Below are positions 9,901 through 23,323 of a stretch of 64,000 bases of DNA, one piece after another. The position numbers and the translations under genes are program-made. Location: assembly GCF_008831285.2 (NCBI RefSeq), contig NC_045138.2, positions 31,496,001 through 31,560,000 on the forward strand. Direction: 5' to 3'. The notes below the pieces were generated by a model, which saw only the letters and a program-made list of their open reading frames with translations, was not told the DNA's origin and made no database searches. Each line of letters begins with the position of its first letter. Position 1 is the first letter of the stretch. This DNA comes from Nymphaea colorata. Its lineage: Eukaryota.

Positions 9901-12900
9901 TAATCACTACATTCGCATTAGCCATTATTTATGGCGCGTGGTTTATGGTGACTTTAGTGATGACTTCTAATTCATTTAAAGAGGAATAATTAAATTTTAG
10001 CGGTCTAACAATCATCTACTCATAGAAGCATAACTTTGCCTATATATGTATAAAGTGAATAACCATTACATTTTGATTTTAAACAACAAATTTTACACGT
10101 GACATCTTGTGAACCTTCATAAGGCTGATGACAAAGAAAAATTATGAATCTGAAACCTGGTAATTAAATATAAAATATAATAGGTTCCTTTTTGTTGGGT
10201 TTAAATTTGCAGACTTCTGCTGCTTCCTAGAGGATCAGAGTCTGGGGAGGACTAAGAACTTCATATAATGGTTATGAAAAATAAGCGATACCTGGTTTTG
10301 CTTTCATCAACCTTCACAATAATTGTTATAAACACGACTAACGTGCTTCCTGTGGTGTTGGTATTCCCATTTCATTGTTGAGGTGAAAGAAGGCCCTACT
10401 AATTATGAACGTACTGCTCTTTTGGCCAATTTTTTGCCTTTTATTTTTTTATACTTGTTCCATAACATTTTTGCATCCACCTCAAGAATTGAACTGACGA
10501 CCTGACTTTTTGCATCCACCTCAAGAATTGATCCTTCCTGGTAACAATATGAATCTTGGTTAATATCCTGTCCTTTTTCTCCTTTCATGAAACAATGAAA
10601 AAATTGGCATATTAGTGCACTTAGACAATATAAAATGTAATTATCCTGTTTAATCTCCCCCTATGTTGGTGTGATCCGAATGATGTAAAAGCAAGCCTTC
10701 GGACTCTCCAAGTCGTATGATCAAATGCAGGGGCACCATTAGGGCATGTTCAATTGCCTTGATATACATATTATCATCATTGTGTTGAAGGCAATGATCG
10801 AACCAATTCTCTGTCGCCTTCATGAAACTTTTTGGCAGTATCCACTATCCAGGGAGCATTGCTTGAGCGATAGAATGTGCCTTTAGTTTGTGTTTATTTC
10901 GCCTCGTATCTTAGATCTGCGTTGATTTAAGATCCTAGGATCTCATATCCATGGATTTAATATCAGACCACCCCACCCTCTCCATCCGACCTTTCTGCGC
11001 TGCTTCGGATCTCAAATGCAACCTTAAAGTTCCATGTTTTCTCAAAATTTTTTAATCAAATTTTCCCGTGTTCATATTATATGGGATCATGTTAAGTAAT
11101 TGCTAAAACAAGACAAATTTCCAAGCATTTCAAATCATACGACTTGGATGATTTTAGATTCGCTTAGGTTGGGTTTGATAGCCTTCAACCTTGGCTTCAA
11201 GGCTGCATAAAAAGGAATGTTTTGGGGGATCCTCGGTTCAGTAGCATGGATTCACATATTAAAAACCATAGATTTAAGTTTGGATGGGGATAGTCGGATC
11301 TTAAAATCATGAATCTCGTGGATTTTAGATCCACAGTGAAACAGGCACAATTTTAATGAAAGTTTTTCTCTCTCTCTCTCTCTCTATCTCTTAAAAGAAA
11401 GAGGAGCCAACAAAAAATATTTAACATGGGCATCCAATCCATGAAATATTGCTACACTCGAAAAAATAAATGAATAACAGTTGTGTATTTTCATTGTTGG
11501 GTGCACAATATACAAAGGGTGATTGTGCATGACAACAATATTGAATAGGAGCAAGTAATAGTAGGACTAATCACCCGATCAGTAGAGATACGTAGCGAGC
11601 GGACATGATCTGAGGCCAGACTGCCATGGCACCAAGCTTTGAGTTCACGTTGTTTCAACACTAGCATTGAGCCTTCTCATCCCTGCCACACATATTTGAA
11701 CTGCAAGATAATGCTTAGGCACGATCACGAACACTATATTAATGCAAGAGTTATAATGTCATGCCACTGCTGCATAGAGTACCGGCTCAGTCCTACTAAT
11801 GGTGACTCCAACCTAATCAAATGCCTTAGGCACATTTTAATTTGAACATAAACTTCAACGAGATTAACTTTGGAACATAGATGTCAAATGAGTCTTAGGC
11901 AAATCAAACCAACGAAAGGCTCACTTGAACAACTCTTTGGTTGTAAAGAGGGACCACCGATGCACAAGTTAAGTAAGATGGCAGCTTTCGGACTTGCCCA
12001 CTTATCCGGAGCGTCATTCACACTTACAGTGAGGAATATTGTTTCCAAATCAAACACAACTGCTAAAATATTTCCTACTTTTTAGGAGCCAACATCACAC
12101 TAAGGCCGTCAACTTCCCATGGTTGCAACGAGATGCGCCAGATTTTACGTGATTAAAAAGCCTCCTACACCTTATAAATGCCAGGAAATCAGTTTATTTT
12201 CTCATAGAGTTGTACTTCTTGGTACGAAATTGTAGACAAAAGGTAGGCACGAAAACTAATTTCCAACAAATTAAAATTATTAGTTCAATATAAATGCAAA
12301 CTTTACTTTTAGCAACAAGAAAATATACTTAATTTGGATTTAATATGGTTGCAGTTTGGGTATGTAAACTAAAAAATCAGATTCGGATAAGATTCAAATT
12401 GGGAATACGGATTTGAATATAATATGGACTTTTCTTTGTTGATATTCAAATCGAATTCAAGTCTGAATATGTGAATATTGGAAAGAAAAAAAAAAGCAAA
12501 GTAAATCCAATTCGAACACCCTCTTGATATAAAAAGAAACAGATTAAAAGAGGAATATATGATTGATTAGTTACACGTTGAGCATCGCAAACCAAGATGT
12601 CTCCGGCCATGGTACTGGTGAGTCCAAGCAGAGCGGGCCTATATTGATTTGTTTTTCACTTTACGCGTCGTGTGCATATATAGACGTACGGAATATAAAC
12701 TAATTTTTGGGACATATATATGGCATAGGAATAAACTGTTCTCATTACCAAATGACCCCTTAATGGCACAGGTGATTTATACCCCTTGTTCAGTTGTCCA
12801 TCATGTCCGTCGTGTATTGCGGACGGCATTTGATAGGAAGATTGATTAAACAGGACACGCGTGTTCTGTTTTCCGTGTCCTATGACCATCAAACGACCTC

Positions 12901-14500
12901 TTAATGGCACAGGTGATTCTTCGGCACAATCTACTCGGTCTTGGACTCCAACTTTGGAGATGACTAACATAAAAATGGACATTTCCATGTAATAACTAGG
13001 CTATCAGATTTTTATCGGTTCTTTGCTGCACATTGGCTTCAGATCCAGTTATGAAACTGCATACCAGTCCGGATCAAACTAGTGATTGGATCCAGATTTC
13101 TTTACCATATCGGACTAACTGAATTCGAAATTGGGTTGGTAATCGCATGTACACAAAGTTGCTTCCAAAGAATCTTGCACTAAGTGGTAAAATATTGATT
13201 CTTGCACTTGATGGTGAAATGGAATTTGAACTTCTGATACCGCTGATTGGATAGCCAACTGAGGTCTCAACAATAACACTTCAAAATATGATAAGTGGGA
13301 ACTTATACCTGTGCCCGCATAAATCTTTTAGCCAAGGATTGATCATAAGAAGGAAAAAAATTTTCTTCAGTAATGACAAGGGAAATCACCAAGTTCAATT
13401 GCCAAGCTAGGTACATAATTCTTTTTCAGATGACATATTTATTGGGAGAAGATGCCAAACAACATCAATTCATTTGTGTCAAAAGTTTCCTAGCAAAGCT
13501 ACTGCTACCAAAATAGTACACCAATTCAAATACATACAAGTAGAGTTTTTCTACTGTAAAAATTTACTGGTAGAACTATTATGGGGCCATCTGATAATTA
13601 CCTTATATCTAATATGATTTGGTATCATTTTGGATCCTCATCTTTGAGGTCAGATCCTTCTCCATCTGCTCTAAAACCCAGAGCTTTCAAGCCAGCATGA
13701 ACTTGACTAAAGCCAGAATTTTTCATATCCTCAGACTTGATAAAGCTCAGATACCGATGTGGACCTCCCGCACATGGAACACTCAGATTCAGATCCAAGG
13801 CTAATAACTCACTGGTCCACACTAGTGACCGGGCCCTGCAGGGCTCGGCCCATCGTCGCTAGTCACGTTCGTTCTTCTCTTCTTCCAACAAGCTGAGGAG
13901 ACGTCCTTTCTAATGGCCTCTCCTTGCCAGAAGAAGAGAACACACACCAAAATGAACAGCAAGAGAGCACACAAGCTTCGAGCCCTCATTATCGCCAACT
14001 CCGCAGAAAGGGTTGTGATTCGAACCAGTGATCTCTGTGTTAATAATGTACAGCAAGCTCAACATCCAGCTAACCTCATTTGGTGCACGAGAATTCCAAA
14101 GCTTCAACACCAACTCTGGTTTTGGCTTTATAAGAGCAACTGTAAGAGGCCAGTGGACTCTTTGCTTGGCAAGGTCGTTCGGTCTATGCTTTTTCTTCTT
14201 TCCACCAACGAGCTCCGTGCGCGCAGGATTTTCCCAAACAAATGTGTTCCAGTGAATTTAAGCCAAGTGTTTCAAGTTTTCTTCTATTATTGAGATCTTT
14301 TTCTTGGACACAATCTAGTGTTTATTTTTTTCGGAAGTGAATTTAAGCCAAGTGTTCAAATTCTTGGCTTTGGAATTGCTTGCTTAATTTGTTATTGGGC
14401 GTGTTGAATTGGAAGGCTTGAGGCCTACAATTGCTCGCAGCCAAGTTGATATAAGTGCCCCTATTTTGGAGCTTGGAGTTAAGTTGGGGCTGAGAAAGGG

Positions 14501-14570
14501 TCTCCTACTGAGTCAATGAGGAACTAAAGTTCTCCTACTGAGTCAATGAGGAACTAAAGTTCTCCTACTG
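14501..14570. repeat. Perfect 30-bp tandem repeat, 2.3 copies
   Basis: TCTCCTACTGAGTCAATGAGGAACTAAAGT x2 plus TCTCCTACTG. Confidence 0.95.
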
Positions 14571-16411
14571 GTTTTAGTTGTAGATTATTGCTTCATTATC
14601 ATGTGTTCGTGGTGCGTGCGTGCGTGCATGCAAGTACTTGTGTGGTATGATCTTGGTGGATATTAGATTCATGAATGTTTTTCGATGAAGCTAACTCCAT
14701 AAAAGTGATTTTAATGCGTGTAAACTCATGCAGCAAGTTCAAACACATAAACTTTAACAGGTCAATCATATTATTAATGCTAATCTCAATCATTTCTCGA
14801 TTATATGTAGAAAAATGTAGGAAAAGAATGAATGAACGTATAGCCCTTGAGAAACCATACATGCAGCAAGGGGGAGCTAGAAACTTTTTGTTATGGAGCC
14901 CAATTATATCTTTCAAGGTTTTTACCGGGGAAGAAATGTGTTTTGTAAAAGTTTTGAAGGCGCCAAATGAAAGTTTTTGTAAGTTATAACATTTTTTTTT
15001 CCGAAATCAAAGTGTCAAGTTATTAAGCGTTTACCTTCAGTCTTATTTTTTTAATTTCAGTTTCAAATCTTTCTTAAATGAAGGGTAACACTTTTTTTAT
15101 TTAAAATAGACAGATTTTGCTCCTGAATTTGCCACTGTATTTAAGGCTTATTAATTTGAAAATTGGTTGGTGATATTAATTATATGTTTGATGATTCAGA
15201 TCTTGTTATGATCCAACTTTAGTTGTATCTAAAAGCTGGATGTGGACTTGTTTTATCGATCCAAATACATCTATATTTTTTTTTTATGATGGAGTATTTA
15301 TCTATTTATTTTTGTTCATCATCAATGATTGCGTACTTATTATCTATTTATTTTTGTTCATTTTGTTCATATTCTATGTATCCAATTTAAATTGCATCCA
15401 ATTCGGTTTACTATTAGTTATTAAGCACATTCCTTCACAATAAAGGGTGGAGTTTATTTACATAAACATGCAAGATCAAACATGGTTTGGTTATCACTTT
15501 TATTACTCGCCATGGAGTTGAAATTGAGCATGAGTGATAGATTCGACAGCCTTTCAAACTAACCTGTGTTCTATCATTGTTTCTCTATGATAAGGTTTGG
15601 AATGAGATTTCATTTGTGTCTTGATGATAGCATATATATGGCATCATGGCTTGGTTCGGTAGACTCCAACCAACCCGTCTTCTAACAGCTTTAGTTTCAG
15701 CCTCAAAGAAACTAAGAACCCAAACAACCAATCACTTAAAATAACCCACTCACAAGTCTTTAAAGATTTCTCACAATATTCAATATGAAACTGAACTTTT
15801 CAAAATATAGCATTAAACACTTAACTCATGTTCATTAAGATTGACTTAGGGAAGATATTAAATTGAATATGTTCTTTAGTATAAATCAAGATATCTAAAG
15901 TTCCTGCAAATTGTAAGGCTTATGAATTTTATATTTGCGATTCATTGTCCATCAAAATGATTCTTTAGGTATATAATGAAATGAATTTTTTCATTGTACA
16001 GTCTATGGATCGGATATTCTAAAAGTTGCTATACATTTTATTTGGTCACTGTGGAATATTATTGATTTCAAGGAATAATGGCGGAAAGTTTTTTGGAATT
16101 TAAGAACTATACAACATAAGTAGATGTAGATTTCACACACACACACACGTTATTTGACTGTTTATTACTAACATTCACATTCTTAACTTATATATGTTGT
16201 TGGCATAATGCCTACGCATGTGCACGTTTATGTAGGGATGTTCAAATCTGCCATATGATTAAAAATTAAAAAATCCGTTATTAAAATGAAGTCGCTATAA
16301 AAACGTTAGGCTGTAGTTTATGGTTTTTTCAGTAATGACTTATGGTGCTTTCAATAATAGATTTGTTAATTTTTGCTATTTAGCAATATTTAAGATTTGG
16401 TTGATTTGAAT

Positions 16412-16449
<38 letters not shown>

Positions 16450-16638
16450 AGAAAATAAAATAAACCTCCTAGCGGATGTTGGTGATACAATATTTAAAAT
16501 GCTTGATAGAAAAGCATTAGCAATGTATGGCGTTTTTAACGACAGTTTTTTTAGTGACAGGAAGTCTTATCGATTCGGTATTGGAGGCATGCTCTGTTCC
16601 GGTTTTGCCTCCCTCCACAATAATAAGAGCGGCCAGAG

Positions 16639-18725
16639 ATGAGAGCCCCTCCCCACCAGCTCATTTCCGGCGGCCTAGTTGTTCCACCGTTCCCCTTTCG
16701 CCGTCACCTCCTCTCACTCGTCTCCGCCGACCCCCATTATGCTCTATGCACCTTCAACAACCGAACAACGAACCATGGATGCTCCCTTGCCCTCGCCTTC
16801 CTCTGCCCTGTCGTCATCGAGACCTTACATCGCTCTCTGTCTTCCTCCCCTTCTTTGCGGGGCCACGCCGCAGACCTCCTCTGCTCCCGCCAAAGGAAGG
16901 ACGTGCCTTCCTCCAAGATGGCGGTTGAGCTAGTCGTCGAGACGTTGATTAATGGTGATAAAGCCGACGGCACGAGCTTGGTCGGCGCTGTGGTCGCGGC
17001 GGCGAGGCTGAGAAATCCTCGGCTGGGGAGGTGGGCTCATGGGATTGCAGTTAAGGGATGGATGCCCTGGGACCCACATTTGGGCTCTGCCCTGGTTGGA
17101 ATGTACGGGAAGTGTGGCTGTTTGGATGACTCCCACCAAGCGTTCGTCGAAATGCCGGAGAGAAACTTGGTTTGCTGCAACGCCATGATGGATGCATTCG
17201 CGAGGTCGGGGGAGCTCGAATCTGCAAGAAGGATCTTCGATTATTTGGGTGCCAGGGATATTGTGTCCTGGAATACGATGATCGGTGGATATGCTAGGTG
17301 GGGTCTTGCAGGCGAGGCCTTGAGACTGTTTCGGCAACTGTTGTTGGAGGTTGACGGGTTGGAGCCCAACAAGGTCACTTTTTTTATTGTTTTTCTAGCA
17401 TGCACATGTTTGAAAGATGTCGAATTGGGAAGGCAGGTTCATGGCTTGGTTGTTGTTAATCAGATGGGTTCGTCGATTGGGATCTGTAATGCACTTGTTG
17501 ATATGTATTCCAAGTGTGGTAGACTGGATCTTTCATGGCAGGTGTTCGACAGAATGCCTGAAAGAGACATTGTCTCTTGGAACACGATGTTAGCAAGCTT
17601 TGTGAGGGGCAAGTGCTTTTTTAAGGCTCTCAAGCTCTTTGTTTCCATGCAAGCGGTTGGTTTCACCAGACCCGATGAATTCTCTATGGTCTCCGTGATA
17701 AATGCTTGTGCACTGTTGAAAGAATGGAGTCTAGGGAAATCTTCACATGCTTGTATAGAGAAGATGGGAATGGTAAAGGACGGTATCTTATGCAATTCAC
17801 TCATTGGCATGTATGCAAATTGTGGGTTTCCTGAAGATGCACTTAAAGTCTTCCGGACGTTTCCTTGCAGGGATTTAGTATCCTGGAACACCATGTTAAA
17901 TTGTTATGTTGACAAAGGCTTTCCTGTTCAGGCATTGTCTCTGTTCCATGATATGCAAATGTCGAATTTCAAACCTGATAAAATTACCTTGGTGAGTCTG
18001 ACTTCGGCATGTTCACAGTTGGGTGATGGGGGGGTCAGCAGATGCCTGCATGGCTACATTATCAGAACGCCGGCTGAACTAGACACCGTCGTGTATAACT
18101 CTGTCATAACTATGTATGCCAGATGTTGCTGCCTGAATTATGCGTGCAGGATATTCCATATGATAGACGTCAATGATCGGAATGTGTCGACATGGAGTGC
18201 TATGATAGGGGCCTTGGCTACACATGGCAAGGGCATGGAAGCTCTGGAACTCTTTTCTGAAATGCGAAAGATTGGTCCTCAACCAGATGATATCACCTTC
18301 ATGGAAGTTTTATCTGCATGCAGGCATTCGGGTTAGTTGACGAAGGTCGTCAGCTTTTTCATTGCATGACTCAGGGATATAATATCATGCCTACTTACGA
18401 GCACTATGGATGCATGGTTGATCTTCTTGGACGTGCTGGGCATCTTGAGGAAGCTGAGCAATTGGTCAGGAATATGCCAATGAAGCCTAGAACATCCATT
18501 CTTGGGGCTTTACTTGGTGCGTGTAGGATCCATGGCGATGTGGAGATTGCAGAGCGCGTTATGAAACAGCTAGAGTTGGAAGTTGACAGTGACGGCATCT
18601 ATGTACTTATGTCCAACATCTATGCTGCCTCTAATAGGTGGGATAGAGTAAAAAAGGTGAGGCGTTCGATGAGGGAACAAGGGATCAAGAAGAAGGATGC
18701 TGGTTATAGTTTTGTTTCAAGCTAG
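16639..18725 (+). CDS. PLS-class pentatricopeptide repeat protein, E subgroup (organellar RNA-editing specificity factor); 1-nt frameshift at ~18330-18334 (pseudogene or assembly error)
   Basis: Intronless, with repeated PLS motifs (NALVDMYSKCG, RDIVSWNTM, PDxITFxxVLSAC). The second frame continues LVDEGRQLF...HYGCMVDLLGRAG...GALLGACRIHG...YVLMSNIYA...KKDAGYSFV*, i.e. an E domain with no DYW. The junction CAT TCG GGT TAG TTG AC is one base short of HSGLVD. The N-terminus resembles a transit peptide; an alternative start is 16918. Confidence 0.92.
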
Positions 18726-20664
18726 AGTATGCCCCATTGTCTTCATTCTTGTCAATTTTTGCGTGTAACATGCAGTGATCTGTGTACAGACAGACGCCCA
18801 TTCTTCTACTATTTTGCAAAATATGTCTCTTGTACAGGTCTATTGTATCCTTTTATTTATTCAATAACGCATTGAAATGTGTCCATCGACTATCTGTATT
18901 CTTAGTTGTATTTGAACCAATGATGAACAAGTGGGGGCTAGGAGACCGTTTTTCCTGAACTGAGTCGGGAAGGTAGCTCAATAGATCGGTAAATATGGTA
19001 TTGATGGAAGTAGTATAGATGAAAATTTTGAGAAGAAACCATAAAAAGTTATTATATATAAAATTACATTTGCGGTAATCTTGTAAACATTTTCAAACTT
19101 TCACAATCAGTAATCATCTCATCCCGTGCATTAAGAAAATACAGATGATGGAGATGGAAGACGTCACATTTCCGTGGTTGAACTATGAGTCCTACATCCA
19201 GAGAGAAAAAAGTTTATGTTCTTGATTTCTTTTTCCATTTCATTAATGGATAGTTCGTAACCTTAATATTGGGAAGTCAACCTATGGCAAAAATTGATAT
19301 TAACAACCCGGCTAAAGATCAAATCATAACTAAACGGAACTGCAACTGAAAAATTTTCACGATTTTTTTCTATTTCATTGCTGAATTAAATTTGAATACT
19401 TTATTATATTTTCAATTAAATCTTAAATCAGTTTCAAGTATAAAATGATCTATTTGTCAGCTTTATAAAACAATTCATTTCATATCGTCTATGGCCTTTT
19501 CTAAGTAAATGACAAAATGACGCACTTTTTCTAAATATACTAGAAGAAATCAGCTGAAGATCATAGGATCAAGATGTGTTTGAGCTTGTCCTACAATCAA
19601 GGATAGCAAAAAGGAATTTTTTTTGAAGGTTTTTTTTTTGCAAAGGAGACCTCGACTTATAGATCATATTACAACATGGCCCCCATGTTCTATCTTTTTT
19701 GTAAATAAGGTTTTACCTTTTGTCAACATTTTGAAATATCTTTTTCATCTTGCAACATAGAAGGTGAGCCACTGCAAATGTTGTTTTTGTCTTTATTTCT
19801 TAACTACTAACTGTTTATGTTGAACAGTTAAGAATATGTTGATTAACCAGGATAGTTAGATAAATTGAAACTCAGTCCCTCTCTCTTTCTGCCAAAACGA
19901 TTACATTCTCCAAGCCAATAACGTTTTTATAGAGAGAACCACTTGCTAAAAAGGTGAACAAAATAGAACTTATTTTACCTGGATATTAAATTTACATTGC
20001 AAATATAGCTTTTATTTTCTTAATGGAGGTAAACACACACACATAGAGCGAGAGAGAGAGAGATGTGACGATGTTTAAAAAAATATAACCTTATTTTTCT
20101 AAGTAAGCAAAGATAAAATTTAACACTAAATAATAGTTTGTTTTTTAATAAAAAGTTGCAGCAATCTTCATTTTGTTTGGAAACTATTAGAAGCCAACTA
20201 TGGTTTACCGTACTTCATTAGGTCTTAATGCAACCCAAACCTCAGAGGTAAGAAAAATTGAGTGCCTTCATGTCATCTTTGGGCAGCGGGTTGTTAACTA
20301 CCCGAAAAAGTAACTGTGGTTAATATTTATTAGCCGGTCACTGCAAATTTGATAAGAACTAATCTATAAAATCATTCAAGGCGAAGAGCCGAAGACTACA
20401 TCACAATATAATATTCCATAAAGCAAGCACCAATTTACAAAAGAATCTTGTCATAACTTTCATAGTTTGGATATCATAAAGTTTCCTTTTGTTTGACTAC
20501 AAAATACATGGGTAGTCAAAACATTTACGTGCAGTGCAAATATTAAAACGAAAGAGAGAAGGAGACTCGTCTGAAAGAAAAGGGTTGAGTGGCAGCTAGA
20601 GAGAGACGGCGAGAGATGTGAGATAGAGAGGGAGAGAGAGAGAGAACTGTCCCTTTAAATCACC

Positions 20665-21873
20665 GTAAGTATGATTCTTCTTCTCCTTTCTTTGTTTTTC
20701 ACTTAATTTTTTTTGTTTTTCTGAGAAATCCGATGCTTCGTTTGTTTCTATATTCTCATTTTCGCTTACTATGGGGATGATATATGGGTGGTTTTCTTTT
20801 GTGCATCTAGGGTTTTAACAACTTGCCTTCTTCTCTATGTGCGTGCTCCGTTCGTTTTTTCGTGATGTTCCTGCGATCGATGTTGCGGTTTATGATACCC
20901 AACATCTCTTTTCATTGTTGCGTTTGTGCTTGACCTTTGGATTCCATGAATTTTGTGAATGTCCTGAATTATTTTTCGAGTTTGAGTTCTCTTTCTGAAG
21001 CTTTATTCGTTTGAAGGCTTCAGTGGTTGGACAAGTTTTTCCCTCCCAGGTTATGCAGTTGGGATATACAGTCAATCTACTACAGATGGATCATGGCATG
21101 TATCTGCCTCTCGTTTTCAGAATTTAGCTGTTTGTCTGTCTGAAATGCTGCAAGTATCTGTTTGATGCCGGTGTATGAACAGGTTACTTCTATTAATAAT
21201 TAAGCATGATGAAGTCGGTTCTGCTGGAAGTTGGCCATCTTGTAATCTTATCCTGACTAGAAGTTGTAGTGTGGAAGTTTTACATGATCACCCGACTATG
21301 GAAAATAATTTACAGTTTCAGCTGTTTATGCCCATTGTTAAATGCAGCAACAGCGGAAATGTTGGTTTCAGTCTTCATATAATGATATCTAAATGCTGTG
21401 TGCTTGAAAAAGAAATTACTTGAGGTGGGTCTACCGTGTGACCAGGTTCTTTATTTGTCGTCTCGTCTGGGAAATAACCTTTTCTGTCTTATTCCATTTT
21501 ATTTGGTCATTCTACCTGAATTTCTGCATGACCTATGTTTTTCCTGCCATAAAATGTATTACGTTTAAGCATTACCATGAAAATCATTATCCTATTGAGT
21601 CAGTATTCTCAACTACCCAAAATTCATGTGGATTGTGACATAATTCCTCCCCATAATTTTAATCCTTTTTTTCCCGTTTTTATGAATCTTCCATGGTGAT
21701 TTCCTTTGTTCTGCAAAAAAGTAAGTTAACAAACTACCTGATTCTACGTTAGTGTCTGGATTTGCCTTGACTAGGTGTTCAGTTGCAAATATATGAATTT
21801 ACACTAGCAAAATATACAGAGTTCAATTATATGGCACTGTTAATCTTACCCTTCAAATCATTATGTCCCTTAG
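20665..21873 (+). other. 5'UTR intron of the NUP50-like gene
   Basis: Donor ACC|GTAAGT at 20665, just after a GA-repeat leader, with U-rich sequence downstream. Acceptor TGTCCCTTAG| at 21873, 55 nt before the ATG. An internal UTR exon near 21049 is possible. Confidence 0.65.
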
Positions 21874-21928
21874 GTGTTTGAGCAAACCCTACTTGGAATA
21901 GACTGTTATATTTTTCACATTATTGGCA

Positions 21929-23323
21929 ATGGGAGATGGATATTCCCTTTCTTCTAAAAAGAGAGTTGCTGGAAGGGAGATCTCCCGTGATGATCCTGGA
22001 CTTGATGCCAATAATGATGTTCCAGAGGAGGAAATGGGAACATTCAAAAGAGCAACCGATGAGGTGTTAGCAACTAGAAGGATTGTTAAGGTTCGTCGCA
22101 ACCAGCCTTCATCTGCTGTTTCCTCTAATCCATTTGCTGCAGTGCGTTTGGTTCTCCAGCCCACCGATGCTCCTGCTGAGGGCAATACTGATTCTGCTGC
22201 AAAAACGTCTGATGCACCGACCGTTGCAAATGCTCTGCATGATGAGGTTATTCCTAAAGAGAGTTGTGGTGGCACTTCTGGACCAGAGAAAACTGATGAA
22301 GATGAAGTGACGTCTGAACCCTCTGCGAACTTGGTTTTTGACAATGAAGGTATCGAAAGGCATAGTGAAGGAACTCTAGGAGATTCAGCAAAAGAGACAA
22401 ATGGAACTAATGAGGCTGTCGACAAATCAAAGACTGAAACTGACGAACCAGCCAAAGGAGTAGGTGAAGTATTAAAGGATGATTCTGCTCAAGATTTGAC
22501 TGAGCCTGGTGCGACCAATAAAACTGAGGCAGCAGTTTTAAATGAAAAAGCTATGAGTAGTGAAGGAGAAGCCAATAGTGGGGGAACCCGAACTGAATCA
22601 GCTCCTCTGAATTCATTTCAGCAGCTATCTGGCAGCCGGAATGCTTTTACTGGTCTTGCAGGTAGTGGGTTTTCTAACCCATCTTTCTCGTTTGGGACAC
22701 TTCCTAAAACAGATTGTTCTTTCAGCTTCAGCACATCAGGATTTGGTTCTTGTTCAGGTTCTACCTTTAGCTTAAAGGGCAGCAGCACATCCTTGCCGTT
22801 GTTTGGTACTGGAAGCTCAAACAATGGAAGCTCATCTCCTCTGGGTCTTGGTTCTTCATCTACAGAGGTTAACAAATCCAGTGGAAATGCTCTGCTTGTG
22901 ATGCAGGAGGTCCCAGTTGAAACTGGTGAAGAAAATGAGAAGGCATTCTTTGTGGCTGATGCCTCATTGTATGAATTCTTGGATGGCGGTTGGAAGGAAA
23001 GAGGCAAAGGCGAGTTGAAATTAAACATTGCCACAGATGGGATTGGGAAGCCGAGACTGATAATGAGGACTAAAGGGAACTATAGGCTGATCCTTAATGC
23101 AAGCCTTTATCCGGATATGAAACTGACTAATATGGAGAAGAAAGGCATTACCTTTTCGTGCTTTAACAGTTCTGTTGAAAGAAGGAACACCCTCTCTACA
23201 TTTGCTTTGAAGTTCAAGGAAAGTGCTACCGTGGATGCATTTCAAACTGCTGTGATGGATCACACGGAAGAAACAGCAAGTCTAGAAACACCCGAGAGCT
23301 CTCCAAAAGCATCAGATGACTAA
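21929..23323 (+). CDS. NUP50: Nuclear pore complex protein NUP50-like (464 aa, intronless CDS)
   Basis: N-terminal KKRVAGREISRDD...GTFKRATDEVLATRRIVKVRR (NUP50 domain), SNPFA, FQQLS..NAFTGLAG and FSFG-type repeats. C-terminal Ran-binding domain VETGEENE...WKERGKGELKLN...RLIMR..GNYRLILNA. ATG at 21929; the ORF track starts at an upstream TTG. Confidence 0.93.
   Translation: MGDGYSLSSKKRVAGREISRDDPGLDANNDVPEEEMGTFKRATDEVLATRRIVKVRRNQPSSAVSSNPFAAVRLVLQPTDAPAEGNTDSAAKTSDAPTVANALHDEVIPKESCGGTSGPEKTDEDEVTSEPSANLVFDNEGIERHSEGTLGDSAKETNGTNEAVDKSKTETDEPAKGVGEVLKDDSAQDLTEPGATNKTEAAVLNEKAMSSEGEANSGGTRTESAPLNSFQQLSGSRNAFTGLAGSGFSNPSFSFGTLPKTDCSFSFSTSGFGSCSGSTFSLKGSSTSLPLFGTGSSNNGSSSPLGLGSSSTEVNKSSGNALLVMQEVPVETGEENEKAFFVADASLYEFLDGGWKERGKGELKLNIATDGIGKPRLIMRTKGNYRLILNASLYPDMKLTNMEKKGITFSCFNSSVERRNTLSTFALKFKESATVDAFQTAVMDHTEETASLETPESSPKASDD

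Noticed and set aside
10890..11348. Possible Tourist-like MITE
   Set aside because: The right end AAACAGGC fits, but the left TIR and TSD are too degraded to define.
11500..12160. Possible LINE ORF2 C-terminal remnant on the minus strand (KIWRISLQPW, FGNNIPHC)
   Set aside because: Motifs are too short and degenerate to call without a search.
13620..13631. Possible PBS (TGGTATCA) of another LTR element
   Set aside because: Only 8 nt match, with no adjacent CA-ending LTR and no recognisable gag downstream.
21889..23263. Minus-strand ORFs over NUP50 (similar ones occur over the PPR gene)
   Set aside because: Antisense shadow frames with no recognisable motifs.
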